Positions 28,214 to 37,943 are shown, counted from the first letter of the stretch. The stretch is 64,000 bases of DNA from a virus (IMGVR_UViG_3300042013_000067:192001-256000), one strand, 5' to 3'. The notes: generated from the sequence alone by a model not told the origin. A program made the numbers and translations.

Positions 28214-28258
28214 TAAAGAGCCCCGCGCTGGGGCTCTTTATGCCCCTTTTATGCCGTC
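28214..28258 (+). terminator. nested-palindrome terminator with duplicated TTATGCC arm
   Basis: TAAAGAGCCCC-gcgct-GGGGCTCTTTA-TGCC..TTTTATGCCGTC. Confidence 0.75.
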
Positions 28259-28281
28259 TCGCTTATTAGGAGTGAGCTTTT

Positions 28282-29148
28282 ATGCCACCTCGTCTTAAAG
28301 AAATGTACACTCGCTTTACGAGCTTCTTTGAACAGGAGCTGCTTAATCGCGTACGCAATAATCCACTTCAAACACCGTCCACCGATCTGGGTAATGATAC
28401 CGTGCAGCCTGCCGACCTTTTGCTCAGCCACACCCAAGCTCATTTCCCGGCATACGAACCTACGCCGGAAGATGAACACATCCTCAGCCAACTGGCTGAT
28501 AACCAATCGAATGACCCTATCCATGTGTTAGCGCGCAAGATTGACTCGTTCGACAAGTACTACACCTACTCCGATACCGCCAGTACACTCGCAGACGGCG
28601 ATCGGTTGTCCAAGGAACTCACCGAGGGCATCGCCGCAGTTGAAGATGCACGCGTGCGTGGGATTCTGGGTCGGTCGATGTGGGCCGATGTGCGCAGTGA
28701 GTTGTTAGTCGAGTTCCCATGGTTGGAAACACGCTTTCGCAGTACCGCGTACACCCGACTGATTGCTGAAGGCGTTCCTCCAGAGAATGCCAAAGTATGG
28801 GTCGGTACAATCAATGGACTACGCGACCTGATGGCCCGCGTCTATATCGCCGCTAACGCTACTGGTCAGCTGTTGGTGTGGGCCAATGATTACGAACGGG
28901 CACGCTACTATGACCGTTTCCGTAAGAACGATCTGTTCTGCGGTGTAGCTCTACCGCCAGCGCTGTATGTGGAGGTCGACGCATTGGCTGATATGATCGA
29001 CAGCCGTGGCTTCCGCCAAGCACTGGCTTTGGGTAAATCTGAATACAGTGTCGTTCGCCAAGTTTTGGAGAATGGCGACTGGATGTACACCGTACATCGA
29101 TTCGATAACCCGATGCTGAGTTTCTTCTTCGCAGCTAAGCCGGCTTAA
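28282..29148 (+). CDS. hypothetical protein
   Basis: AGGAG RBS, 288 aa. Confidence 0.8.
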   Translation: MPPRLKEMYTRFTSFFEQELLNRVRNNPLQTPSTDLGNDTVQPADLLLSHTQAHFPAYEPTPEDEHILSQLADNQSNDPIHVLARKIDSFDKYYTYSDTASTLADGDRLSKELTEGIAAVEDARVRGILGRSMWADVRSELLVEFPWLETRFRSTAYTRLIAEGVPPENAKVWVGTINGLRDLMARVYIAANATGQLLVWANDYERARYYDRFRKNDLFCGVALPPALYVEVDALADMIDSRGFRQALALGKSEYSVVRQVLENGDWMYTVHRFDNPMLSFFFAAKPA

Positions 29149-29199
29149 ACCCGGCCTTACCTATCCTCAACGCACTACCCAACCAAAGGAAACTTCACT

Positions 29200-29766
29200 A
29201 TGTCAGATTCTAACGAAACCTTCGGCGCCAATGCTACAGCAGTACCATGCAATCCACTCGGCGCGTACAAGCTGGGTGACCATGAAGGCGATAGGGCGCA
29301 AAAGGACATCGTACCGTTCCAACTGACTATCATCGACCTGCATGAGTTGGTCACCGGTAGTATCGCTGATAAACGTCGCTTGGCTATCGCACCAGAACGC
29401 ATGGGTCGTGCTCTGATGGCATATAACCGTGCGATCGGTGAAGCGATTCTGGAAACCAAGACTTACACCGTGCTGATGATGACGGTTACGTTGGATCAGG
29501 CCAAAGAGGTCGAAAATCTGGTCTTCCAACAACCGACACTGGGTATGTCTATGGGTATGCCCCCAGGGCGTGCCGGTGGTTACATTGGTGCACAGCAATT
29601 GCAGTTCGCCGTGTTCTCTGACCTGACCCAACCTGGTGTTCATATCAGCCTGCATCCGTACGTGTGTCAAGGTTTGGGTGGTGTGGGTGAAGGCGCAATG
29701 ATTAACATCGCCCTAGGTCTGCTGTTAGGTGAAGACCAGAACATCGGTCTTGGCTTCGGTAAGTAA
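29200..29766 (+). CDS. hypothetical protein
   Basis: AAGGA RBS, 188 aa, followed by a terminator. Confidence 0.8.
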   Translation: MSDSNETFGANATAVPCNPLGAYKLGDHEGDRAQKDIVPFQLTIIDLHELVTGSIADKRRLAIAPERMGRALMAYNRAIGEAILETKTYTVLMMTVTLDQAKEVENLVFQQPTLGMSMGMPPGRAGGYIGAQQLQFAVFSDLTQPGVHISLHPYVCQGLGGVGEGAMINIALGLLLGEDQNIGLGFGK

Positions 29767-29776
29767 TCATTAAGGT

Positions 29777-29814
29777 GCGGGGTAGCTTCGGCTGCCCTGC
29801 ATCTTTTCTTTTTT
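29777..29814 (+). terminator. rho-independent terminator
   Basis: GCGGGGTAGC-ttcg-GCTGCCCTGC plus a long U-tract. Confidence 0.8.
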
Positions 29815-30002
29815 GCCGTCTGCAAGGTTCTACTGGGGTGCCCCTTATACAGACAGAAAGCAGTAGCTTCGCATACACCCAAGTACCTTACCGGTACCTG
29901 TCTATGCCCTCTCAGTTACTGCCTATGGACTCTTACACCTCGGGTACGCCCAATGTACCCTTTAGCTACTAATGGCGCCCTAGCGCCTTATAGGAGGCTT
30001 CA

Positions 30003-30302
30003 ATGAACAGTAAACTACCATTGACTTCTGTTGAAGAACTAGAAGAAGTAATGGAGCTGATTGGAGACACGTTCTATACCTGCCTTTCCTTTAATCGGGA
30101 TAAGGCTGTCAGTACTGCCACTCAAGAAGGGATGTCTGAAGAACGAGCTCGGTTGATCAAGGATTCAGTTAACGCGGGTGTGCGTGCCACACTGTCTACC
30201 ATTGAAGAACTCAATGGAGAGATTCGGTTTAAGACCCGTGGTGTCACCGCTATCTTAGCGGGTGATCTTGTCCGTGGTATGTTCGATGAAATCAATAATT
30301 GA
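30003..30302 (+). CDS. family-X-related protein
   Basis: AGGAGG RBS; C-terminus LAGDLVRGMFDEINN. Confidence 0.8.
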   Translation: MNSKLPLTSVEELEEVMELIGDTFYTCLSFNRDKAVSTATQEGMSEERARLIKDSVNAGVRATLSTIEELNGEIRFKTRGVTAILAGDLVRGMFDEINN

Positions 30303-30379
30303 AAATAAATACATTCTCGTTTTATAAAGAGGGGGAACCTAGCCTTTAGGCGACGGAGGGGGTGTTATATGACGTGTGA

Positions 30380-30590
30380 AGGATTTGCTAAAATCCTGAA
30401 CATGCTTTGCCTTTATGCTTTAAGGTGAGGAGGGGTTGGGGACCCTCCTCACACACCGTGCAAATAGAAAAGGCTGAAAGCCTTTTTGTTAAACAAAGGG
30501 ATTGGGTAGGGCACCCAATCCCATCCTTTCTGCTTTTATAGCAATGGCTAAAAACCATGGACGGCAGAAGAGAGACCCCTAAGGTCTCTC
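30380..30590. other. cluster of five tandem hairpins in a 367-bp intergenic region
   Basis: Inverted repeats at 30380-30397, 30425-30452, 30468-30486, 30498-30522 and 30570-30590. Confidence 0.75.
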
Positions 30591-30669
30591 CGTATATGCT
30601 GCTTTTTAGTCGTCTCCAGTAGATTACAGAACTACATCATGCGATTGATCTAACCCAACCTTTAAGGAT

Positions 30670-31554
30670 ATGAAAATGCAAAAAGTACTGGTCACTTCTG
30701 AAGATCTTCGTTTTGCACTCCAACAAGTCCGGGATCGCGATGTCACATTCGCTGCGGTACTGGCTGGCATGCTGAATAACTGGTTGCAACATAGTCCAAT
30801 ACAGCTGGAACATCGTAGTCGTCATAACGACCTAGGGTATACCTACAACATCGCGCGATTTGATATCGCCGAAGAAAAACTGGATGAGTTCACACGTCGA
30901 GCAGCACATATCCAGTTGGTTCCTGTGATCGATGAACCCACGCTGCATTTCGAAACCCATCCGGTCGGGCCGCGCTATGTCACTGGCCAATACGGCATAG
31001 CCATGACCCTTACCAACTTGGGTTATAAAGCACCCCCTCCTGCTGAACCGAAAGCAGGCGAAGGGCAGACTCGACCGGCAGGTGGGTTGGGTTACGGCGC
31101 GTGGGAAGATATCCGCTTCGGTGATGCTGACTTCGCTGTGCTGGTGCAGCATCAGATTACCCTGATGGAAGCTTGGGGTGCTGTTTTCAAAGGGGCCATC
31201 AAAACGACCAAGCACATCAGCCCCGGTCAGTTGGTGGTATGGGGCGAAGAAACACAATCGCAGCGCTTTCCCAATATCCCAATGTTCCAAGTGGTGGCTC
31301 AAGTACAGCCCTTTATCCACAACGATAGTCTGGTGGATACGATCATTCAACCACAGGGTACTGGTCGGGGGTTTGGTCCATCCAAGGAAGTCTATGCGCA
31401 TAGTACTGACTTGCTGTCCTTGGAAGAATACCAGGTACTACTACTGCGCGGGCCTAATCGACACAGTAGTTTCGGTGGGGATGGTATTAAACCTTCGGAC
31501 TTCATCGTCGAGGCACTGAATGGTATCCCTGAGGCACTGCTCAAACGTTGCTAA
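30670..31554 (+). CDS. hypothetical protein
   Basis: AAGGA RBS, 294 aa. Confidence 0.8.
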   Translation: MKMQKVLVTSEDLRFALQQVRDRDVTFAAVLAGMLNNWLQHSPIQLEHRSRHNDLGYTYNIARFDIAEEKLDEFTRRAAHIQLVPVIDEPTLHFETHPVGPRYVTGQYGIAMTLTNLGYKAPPPAEPKAGEGQTRPAGGLGYGAWEDIRFGDADFAVLVQHQITLMEAWGAVFKGAIKTTKHISPGQLVVWGEETQSQRFPNIPMFQVVAQVQPFIHNDSLVDTIIQPQGTGRGFGPSKEVYAHSTDLLSLEEYQVLLLRGPNRHSSFGGDGIKPSDFIVEALNGIPEALLKRC

Positions 31555-31564
31555 GGAGTGTGTT

Positions 31565-31885
31565 ATGCCAGTTATGACTAAAGCCGACTATGATGTTGCA
31601 AAGGTAGTCGACGTAGATCGGTTGGAGTATGTTTGGCTTTTAGTCAATCATCACCTCCAGAAGGCCATCCAAAGACTCACCAAACCCGCAGTACCTGGGT
31701 GTTTTGCGATCTTCGTTAAGGGCGAGTTCAGTCGTGAAGAAAGGGAGCTGATCTGCGAACAGCTTAAAGAAGCGGGTTGGTCTAATCCCCAAGCGGAGCA
31801 GCTCAACCCGTATGAGCTGCGGATCGACTTCGAGGTCGAGAAGAACATAATGACCTTCTTTGACAAACAAAAACCAGGGAGTTGA
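31565..31885 (+). CDS. hypothetical protein
   Basis: AAGGAG RBS before ATG 31565. Confidence 0.75.
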   Translation: MPVMTKADYDVAKVVDVDRLEYVWLLVNHHLQKAIQRLTKPAVPGCFAIFVKGEFSREERELICEQLKEAGWSNPQAEQLNPYELRIDFEVEKNIMTFFDKQKPGS

Positions 31886-31991
31886 CAACACACCTGTACC
31901 GTGTACACGACTGGCACCCGTGAGTGCCCCAAACTACAAACTGATGCCACGCATCTAAGGCTAACCTCCGCTATCACACAGAGAGCGTCCC

Positions 31992-32864
31992 ATGCCACAT
32001 ACTTCTCGTTTTGCTAGCGCTACGCTAAACCAAACCCATTTCGATAACCCTCAACCCGGCGATGGCTGGCAGGAGCATTTCTGCTATCAGTTCGTTGTGG
32101 TTGAAGTCTTGGAGAATGGGAACTTGGTTGTCGTTCCGGTTCATCGGGTGGAACAAGGTCAGATGGCTCAGTATGCGAAAGCGTATGAGCTTACTCGATC
32201 GCAATTCCACGACGAAGTACATTATCGTCACGGTTCTATGCGTAACAATTTCTTGTTGGATGTCGTACCGGGTCATCATGAAATCGTGACAATCTGGAAA
32301 GATGGATACCAAGGACTGTATTTGACACAAGCTAAATCCACACCAGAACCCATTGTTATCTGTGGGTTTCGTGGTGTGGGTAAATCACAGGTTACCAGCT
32401 TGTGTCAAGGCGAGAAAAAGGCATTGGATGTCTCACCCGGTGGGGATGTTGACTACTACGTGGAATTGGTGACTAAACCACCCGCGGGCTTGGACATCCT
32501 GTTGTTACCCGCCGATCCGATTGTATTGGCTGCATTGAGTTTATCGGAAAAGCGGTACCACATGGTCTATCCACATGTCAGCTTGTGCAGTGCATATTTG
32601 CACCGTATACACCGGCGTGGGGCTAGCGTGGCGGATGTCCACTGTTTTAAAGCGGGTTGGGTTGACGCGATACACGACTGTCACTTTCAACCGGGCTGTG
32701 TGCATTGGCAGCTGCAAGACAAACAGTATCTGGTCGACGTACTGCCACGGATAATCCACATGGAACATCTAGATGACCAAGTGTGGGCAGCGCTAGAGCG
32801 TAAGGTGTTGCGTATGGTCCATCCAACTAAATTGGAAAAACCGACGTTAAGCGTTACGGTATGA
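31992..32864 (+). CDS. two-domain protein: 13040-like domain fused to a P-loop nucleotide-kinase-like domain
   Basis: ICGFRGVGKS Walker A, VYP, RG, W, YL.DVL pattern. Confidence 0.7.
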   Translation: MPHTSRFASATLNQTHFDNPQPGDGWQEHFCYQFVVVEVLENGNLVVVPVHRVEQGQMAQYAKAYELTRSQFHDEVHYRHGSMRNNFLLDVVPGHHEIVTIWKDGYQGLYLTQAKSTPEPIVICGFRGVGKSQVTSLCQGEKKALDVSPGGDVDYYVELVTKPPAGLDILLLPADPIVLAALSLSEKRYHMVYPHVSLCSAYLHRIHRRGASVADVHCFKAGWVDAIHDCHFQPGCVHWQLQDKQYLVDVLPRIIHMEHLDDQVWAALERKVLRMVHPTKLEKPTLSVTV

Positions 32865-32895
32865 AGACAAACCCTCTTTCAAGGATTAAGGAAAC

Positions 32896-33213
32896 ATGAC
32901 AACGGCAAAAATGTCGCTCACTGACTTTCAACAGCAAAACCGCAGTCACCGTACCGGCGCTCTGGCTAATGTTAAGGTGCTCGATGTGACTGCTTTCCGA
33001 TCGACTCCTGAAGCTCCTGCAATCGAGCATAAGGAAATCGAACTTAACGTTCGTTATACTTCGCACCGACTGGGCAAGAAAGTTCATGCTTGGCCTGTTG
33101 AGGTCAAAAAGAAGAGTAACAAGGTGGTCCTCAAGCGCGACCCGCAAGCTAAGGACAGCTACACCGAAAGCCGGGCACACTTCGATAAGTACTTCGTTAT
33201 CGATAAGGAGTGA
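32896..33213 (+). CDS. hypothetical basic protein
   Basis: AAGGA RBS, 105 aa. Confidence 0.8.
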   Translation: MTTAKMSLTDFQQQNRSHRTGALANVKVLDVTAFRSTPEAPAIEHKEIELNVRYTSHRLGKKVHAWPVEVKKKSNKVVLKRDPQAKDSYTESRAHFDKYFVIDKE

Positions 33214-33216
33214 TGG

Positions 33217-33459
33217 GTGGTTGTGATAGAGCGATGCCGCCGTCTTAAGAAACGGCTGTTGAACCGATGGCAGCATTGGCGCCTGCTTGGCGAGATTCAA
33301 AAAGCAGGCTTCAGTGTTGCTAGGAACAACGCCGTTTCCTGCACACTGTGTGAGCCAGAAGAAGCCTGCTGCCCCGGCCACCATTGCGTGCATTCAACTG
33401 TCATGTATCAGTATGCGTGGCGGTTGCGATTGTTAGAAAACGAATACCGGCGGATTTAA
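33217..33459 (+). CDS. possible small Cys-rich protein
   Basis: AGGAG RBS; CxxC and CC motifs. Confidence 0.55.
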   Translation: MVVIERCRRLKKRLLNRWQHWRLLGEIQKAGFSVARNNAVSCTLCEPEEACCPGHHCVHSTVMYQYAWRLRLLENEYRRI

Positions 33460-33478
33460 TATTTGTGGAGCAAACCCC

Positions 33479-33886
33479 ATGAGCTTTGACGAAACTGAAG
33501 ACAGTGTTGAGATCGATCCTGAACTCCGTATGGAGGATGCAGAAGACCTCGATGACGATGAGGAAGATACCTCAGCGGCTGCGGTGAAGATTGAAGAACA
33601 ACAGCGCGAGTTCGTGTTGGGTGTTCAAACCCTCATCGAACCATTGATCATCGAGAACCCTGAGCATCGTACGTCGATCGAGACGACGGCTGAAGGCATC
33701 CTCGGCCTGATCGAAGGCAACGGTCGTGACGAGGGTTACATCCTCGTTAAACGTACACATGCAGAACTGGCGATGGTGCCCTGCACCCGTCAGGTGTACG
33801 AAGAGCACCTGCGTGACTTCGTCGATGATGACGGCCTGGATATCTCGGTCGGCCTGTCATCGATGTTTAACGACGTCAATAACTGA
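33479..33886 (+). CDS. family-X protein with acidic N-terminal tail
   Basis: ILGLIEG..GYILV..DISVGLSSMFNDVNN; D/E-rich first ~32 aa. Confidence 0.8.
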   Translation: MSFDETEDSVEIDPELRMEDAEDLDDDEEDTSAAAVKIEEQQREFVLGVQTLIEPLIIENPEHRTSIETTAEGILGLIEGNGRDEGYILVKRTHAELAMVPCTRQVYEEHLRDFVDDDGLDISVGLSSMFNDVNN

Positions 33887-33927
33887 CAGCATATAGCCCG
33901 CTCCTTTCGGGGAGCGGGCCTATGTCC
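33887..33927 (+). terminator. nested-palindrome terminator
   Basis: CAGCATATA-GCCCGCTCC-tttcgg-GGAGCGGGC-CTATGTC. Confidence 0.75.
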
Positions 33928-33944
33928 CCTTTAAGGAGAAAGAG

Positions 33945-34505
33945 ATGAAAGAACCAATACTGATTGTGCTCTGTGCCCGTTTCACGGTAGAGGACATCGC
34001 GGCCAGCATCGACCACGCTTGTAGCCATTACGGCATGATCGTGGAACACCACCATATCCCGCAAGCGCACAATGCGGGCGAACCGAAACATCCGCTGTAC
34101 TACGACTCACTCAAATTCCAGATCATCGAACACAACCTCTTCAGCACTGGCCATAAGGTGGGTAGTTTGGTAGTCCGTCCGGCGATCAATGATTGCCTAG
34201 GCTTTCGCGATATCGATATTCACGTAATTGGTAGCGATGTCTTGGCACGTCAGGCCATTGTTCAGCGGCTACACCGCGAGTTCAGAGCACTGCATAGCAA
34301 AGCCGACATCGTCATGGTGCCGTTTGGGACGAGCATCAATAGTTTTTACTTTATGCCCTATTCCCAGGAATGTACCATCTTGGCTGAGCTGAAAGGCACC
34401 ACAGTGAACATCGCCTTTAAGTCGGTTCGAGAAACAGCATTGTTGGACGATGTGTTGCGTGCCACCGGTGTACCGTCTATCTGCATGGAGAAGGAACGTG
34501 TTTAA
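33945..34505 (+). CDS. hypothetical protein
   Basis: AAGGAG RBS, 186 aa. Confidence 0.75.
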   Translation: MKEPILIVLCARFTVEDIAASIDHACSHYGMIVEHHHIPQAHNAGEPKHPLYYDSLKFQIIEHNLFSTGHKVGSLVVRPAINDCLGFRDIDIHVIGSDVLARQAIVQRLHREFRALHSKADIVMVPFGTSINSFYFMPYSQECTILAELKGTTVNIAFKSVRETALLDDVLRATGVPSICMEKERV

Positions 34506-35265
34506 ACGCCTAGTGATCGAACGACGTAACAATCGTTTTGGCAATGAAGAGAAGTTGTTAGCCCTCCATGCCTTGAACAACGATATCCCTGTAGTGCCAG
34601 CTTACGAGAAGACCGTAGCCCGTGGCCACTTCAAGTTTCGCCCCGATGACTTAGTAGCGGGTAGCGTGGGTTTCATGCACCACGCCATGCGTCAGTTCGG
34701 TATAGCGGTGATCCACGAACAACCGTACCCGGCAATCCTCGGTGACCTGATGCACCGCAAAGTACTGCCGATTCGCAGCATGTACGAACTACGCCGGTAT
34801 TTTATCCAAGGTGGACGTCCGGTATTCGCCAAGCCGCTGCAGACCAAGAAGTTCACTGGGTTTGTGGCGGACCATATCGGAGATCCACGCTTCAATGGTG
34901 CAGGCAATCAGACCGAGCTGATCGTAACTGAGGTTGTGGAGTTCGCTGACGAGTGGCGCGTATATGTGGCTAACGGCAAGATCATGAAGATTTCCGCTAC
35001 GCCTGGACCACGTAAGACCGGCATGTGGCCCCTCTGGGATTTTCTGAATGGCATCGTGAAGCGCTTGAACGAAGCCGCAACCGAACATGCCCCGGCAGCA
35101 TATTCGCTGGACATCGGTGTATTGTCCACTGGACATATGGCATTGGTAGAAATTAACGACGGCTATTCCTTGGGTGCTTACGACGATATATCCGCCCGAG
35201 ATTACTGGGACGTCATTGCTACTCGCTGGGCACAACTTACTGGAGCTAGTAATAATGTCAACTAG
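34498..35265 (+). CDS. ATP-grasp protein (R2K/DUF4343-like)
   Basis: GSVGF, YP..L, FAKP..K.FTGFV, EWRVYV..GKI, LDIG, LVEIND..SLG.Y. Confidence 0.75.
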   Translation: MFKRLVIERRNNRFGNEEKLLALHALNNDIPVVPAYEKTVARGHFKFRPDDLVAGSVGFMHHAMRQFGIAVIHEQPYPAILGDLMHRKVLPIRSMYELRRYFIQGGRPVFAKPLQTKKFTGFVADHIGDPRFNGAGNQTELIVTEVVEFADEWRVYVANGKIMKISATPGPRKTGMWPLWDFLNGIVKRLNEAATEHAPAAYSLDIGVLSTGHMALVEINDGYSLGAYDDISARDYWDVIATRWAQLTGASNNVN

Positions 35266-35965
35266 CGTTTACCCTGTGGTGGGACGTGTTCGTCCCGACT
35301 TCGTACCAGAACTCGAACTTACCACGATCGTGGATGGTGAACACATCAAGACGCCGATGCCACCGCCGGGTGAGCCAACCCCACCGGATGTACAGCAGGT
35401 CATCGCCGAACCTTGGTCGTCCCTAAGGCTCAGGCAGCCAGAGCCGAGCGACTTCGAGTTCTCGTACCCGGACAATGGGTACGAACCGGACCACCCGCAG
35501 AACGTGTTGACCCACATGTACGACAACTACCCGTTGTTCTCATGGTTGTGTGATATGCGCGGGGATTGCCGACCACGTGCAGACTACATGCTCCGTCGTG
35601 CACACACGGATATTTTCATCGACTGGATTGGCAACAAGCCAGGTGTGACGTACACCGACTTCGGGGAGCATCGGCAGAAGCATTACAAGGATACTCTGCG
35701 TGAGCATTACTTCGATGGCTACGGTAGCCCTATCATGTTTGGCATCGACGAACTGCTGGAGTTCAACTACGATGCGATCGCCTGGGTTCAGGACAAGTAC
35801 GACAACAACGGTAGTCGCCAGTACCGACCACATCCAGACCTCAAGACATGGCGCGAGCTCTTTCACGGTGAACCCAACCGTGTAGCGCCATCCAATGGCT
35901 ACTTTGAATTCCTCGCCGAGGCTAAAGCCAAAGGCTGGGATTTCGTCATCTTCTGTTTCGATTGA
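35255..35965 (+). CDS. hypothetical protein
   Basis: GGAG RBS; ATG 35255 overlapping the ATP-grasp gene end. Confidence 0.75.
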   Translation: MSTSVYPVVGRVRPDFVPELELTTIVDGEHIKTPMPPPGEPTPPDVQQVIAEPWSSLRLRQPEPSDFEFSYPDNGYEPDHPQNVLTHMYDNYPLFSWLCDMRGDCRPRADYMLRRAHTDIFIDWIGNKPGVTYTDFGEHRQKHYKDTLREHYFDGYGSPIMFGIDELLEFNYDAIAWVQDKYDNNGSRQYRPHPDLKTWRELFHGEPNRVAPSNGYFEFLAEAKAKGWDFVIFCFD

Positions 35966-35974
35966 GGAACCACC

Positions 35975-36547
35975 ATGAATCTCGATACCATCTACGTTGT
36001 TATCACCACACACCTGTCTATTCATCGCCGCTTGGACCAGATGTTTACCGAAGCATTGGTCACGCCACACAAGTTGGTCCTAGAATCTGGTGCGCTGCCG
36101 GGATTGGCGAGATGCACTGATGATTCGTACAATCGCGATAAGATGCGCTTTATCTTCAGCGAACACATGTCTCGGTTCCCGCTCATGATGGAGCCGAACC
36201 ATCCGGAACCGGCTGCGCGTATACAGCCTGCGATTTGCGATACTCCGAACCCCTTTGAAGTTCATGTTGCGGTGATCGGTCGAATCCACAGTGGTAAAAC
36301 AGCGATCATCCGCGAGCTAGAAAACACCCTGATCGCCGATGGTATCCCACGTGAGCACATTACCCGTCAGAGTCTGGATTATACATCGACCGATCCAGAA
36401 TGGTCCGCCAAACAACAGGCTGAATGTCTGGCGAATATGGCCACCCGTAAGGTAGTCATCCTATTCCAACACCCACGTCGCTTTACCGACCCGAACGAAC
36501 TCTTCACGCGCTGCGCCTACCCGAAACGCTTATCGCAACGTTCGTGA
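35975..36547 (+). CDS. hypothetical protein with P-loop-like motif
   Basis: VAVIGRIHSGKT in the C-terminal half. Confidence 0.65.
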   Translation: MNLDTIYVVITTHLSIHRRLDQMFTEALVTPHKLVLESGALPGLARCTDDSYNRDKMRFIFSEHMSRFPLMMEPNHPEPAARIQPAICDTPNPFEVHVAVIGRIHSGKTAIIRELENTLIADGIPREHITRQSLDYTSTDPEWSAKQQAECLANMATRKVVILFQHPRRFTDPNELFTRCAYPKRLSQRS

Positions 36548-36551
36548 GGTC

Positions 36552-36559
36552 TATATCAC
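36552..36559 (+). promoter_or_regulatory. early promoter motif TATATCAC
   Basis: Intergenic; context GGTCTATAT identical to 26523-26531. Confidence 0.55.
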
Positions 36560-36588
36560 CCCATTGAATTCCAACGAGTAAAACCACA

Positions 36589-36879
36589 ATGGCACGTCAA
36601 ACTAACAACGAACTTGCTAAGCTCCCAGGCTTCTTCTATTATCCCGGTAACAAAGAAGGGCTGGAACTCCTGACCACGGCTCAACGCGTCGAGATTATGG
36701 CCAACCAAGGCAACTACATCATGATCGGGATGCAAATTCCCCATGAGTCCACTGGACAGTTCGGCGACCTTCAATGTCTTCTGGACAACGGCCGTATTCC
36801 AACCCATAAGCGTCCCAATGCTGTTACCCCGAGCTATGGTGACGTACCCTTTGATCTGCGTGAGGTAGTTGCCCTGTGA
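36589..36879 (+). CDS. hypothetical protein
   Basis: 96 aa downstream of a promoter motif. Confidence 0.7.
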   Translation: MARQTNNELAKLPGFFYYPGNKEGLELLTTAQRVEIMANQGNYIMIGMQIPHESTGQFGDLQCLLDNGRIPTHKRPNAVTPSYGDVPFDLREVVAL

Positions 36880-37283
36880 AAAAGCAACGATTCTATTTCG
36901 GTAAGCGCAAGATCAACCACCGCAATGGCATGATCGGCAGCACTTGGGTTGTGCCGAAGATGCTGCGTGATTATTTCGCGTTACGCATCTGTCTGTCTCA
37001 GGTGTTCTTCAGTCTGAAGATCAGTATGAACGCAAAGGTCGGTCTGAGCTGCAACAATGCACCGATTGGCATGATGGGCGCTGGTGCTCGTAAGATCCTG
37101 ACTCCTGAGGAAGCCGCTGAGCTACCAAAGGAATCCGTGGATCATTACACCACGGCTATGCTGCATCGTCGTAAGATCTCCAAAGCGTTGGATAAGCGTA
37201 CCCACAGCTCGATCCAGAAGTTGCAGGCGATCCACGATGAAGCGGAAGCATTCTTCAACCCACCTGAAGCGAAGGCGGTATGA
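36876..37283 (+). CDS. hypothetical basic protein
   Basis: GTGA overlap, GAGGT RBS. Confidence 0.75.
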   Translation: MKKQRFYFGKRKINHRNGMIGSTWVVPKMLRDYFALRICLSQVFFSLKISMNAKVGLSCNNAPIGMMGAGARKILTPEEAAELPKESVDHYTTAMLHRRKISKALDKRTHSSIQKLQAIHDEAEAFFNPPEAKAV

Positions 37284-37885
37284 CTACTATCGCGTGGGAT
37301 GGGACCACGCTTGCCGCCGATAGTCAGGAAACACACCGTGCTCCATTGCGTGGTAAGTGCACCAACTGCGATCATGAAGTCGGTAATCTCAAAACGACGA
37401 TCACCAAGATCCAACTACCCAAGACACCCGTGTTGTTTAATGGGTCGCCAATGTTAGCTTGGGCTGGTGCTGGTAATGGTTCATTGATTGACCTGTACGG
37501 CGTGGGTATTAACGAGGGTATTGCTATTGATGTCCTTGGTCGTATGGCCTGCAAGGTTTTTCTTGAGCGCACCACCAAACCATCCATGACACTGGTCGTC
37601 GTTACTGACGATACCGTGTGGCAAGTCATGTGGGATCAACGTGTTGGCTCGATGATGAAAGAAATCACCGAGATTCCCTATTCAGTAGGGTCTGGTTCAA
37701 AAGCAGCAATGTTGGCAATGAAGCGCCTAGGGCTTAGTGCCATGGCCGCTACTGCCTGTGGCATCGACGTGGATCCGCATTCAAGCGGTGAAGTGTGTTA
37801 TGTCCATTGCCGCGGCGAGGAGCGGGATGACGCTTTGTTGCGTTATACCTACACCGAAGCCGATATGCTAGAACTGTTTCAATAA
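37280..37885 (+). CDS. Ntn-hydrolase (HslV/proteasome beta-like) peptidase
   Basis: N-terminal MTTIAWDG..LAADS, TKI, AGAG, SVGSGS, A...D..S.G. Confidence 0.75.
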   Translation: MTTIAWDGTTLAADSQETHRAPLRGKCTNCDHEVGNLKTTITKIQLPKTPVLFNGSPMLAWAGAGNGSLIDLYGVGINEGIAIDVLGRMACKVFLERTTKPSMTLVVVTDDTVWQVMWDQRVGSMMKEITEIPYSVGSGSKAAMLAMKRLGLSAMAATACGIDVDPHSSGEVCYVHCRGEERDDALLRYTYTEADMLELFQ

Positions 37886-37889
37886 CCCT

Positions 37890-37922
37890 GCCCTCCCCTT
37901 ATCGGGAGGGCTTTATACCGTC
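37890..37922 (+). terminator. nested-palindrome terminator
   Basis: GCCCTCCC-cttatc-GGGAGGGC-TTTATACCGTC. Confidence 0.7.
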
Positions 37923-37943
37923 TCCTTCTAAGGAAAAACCATT

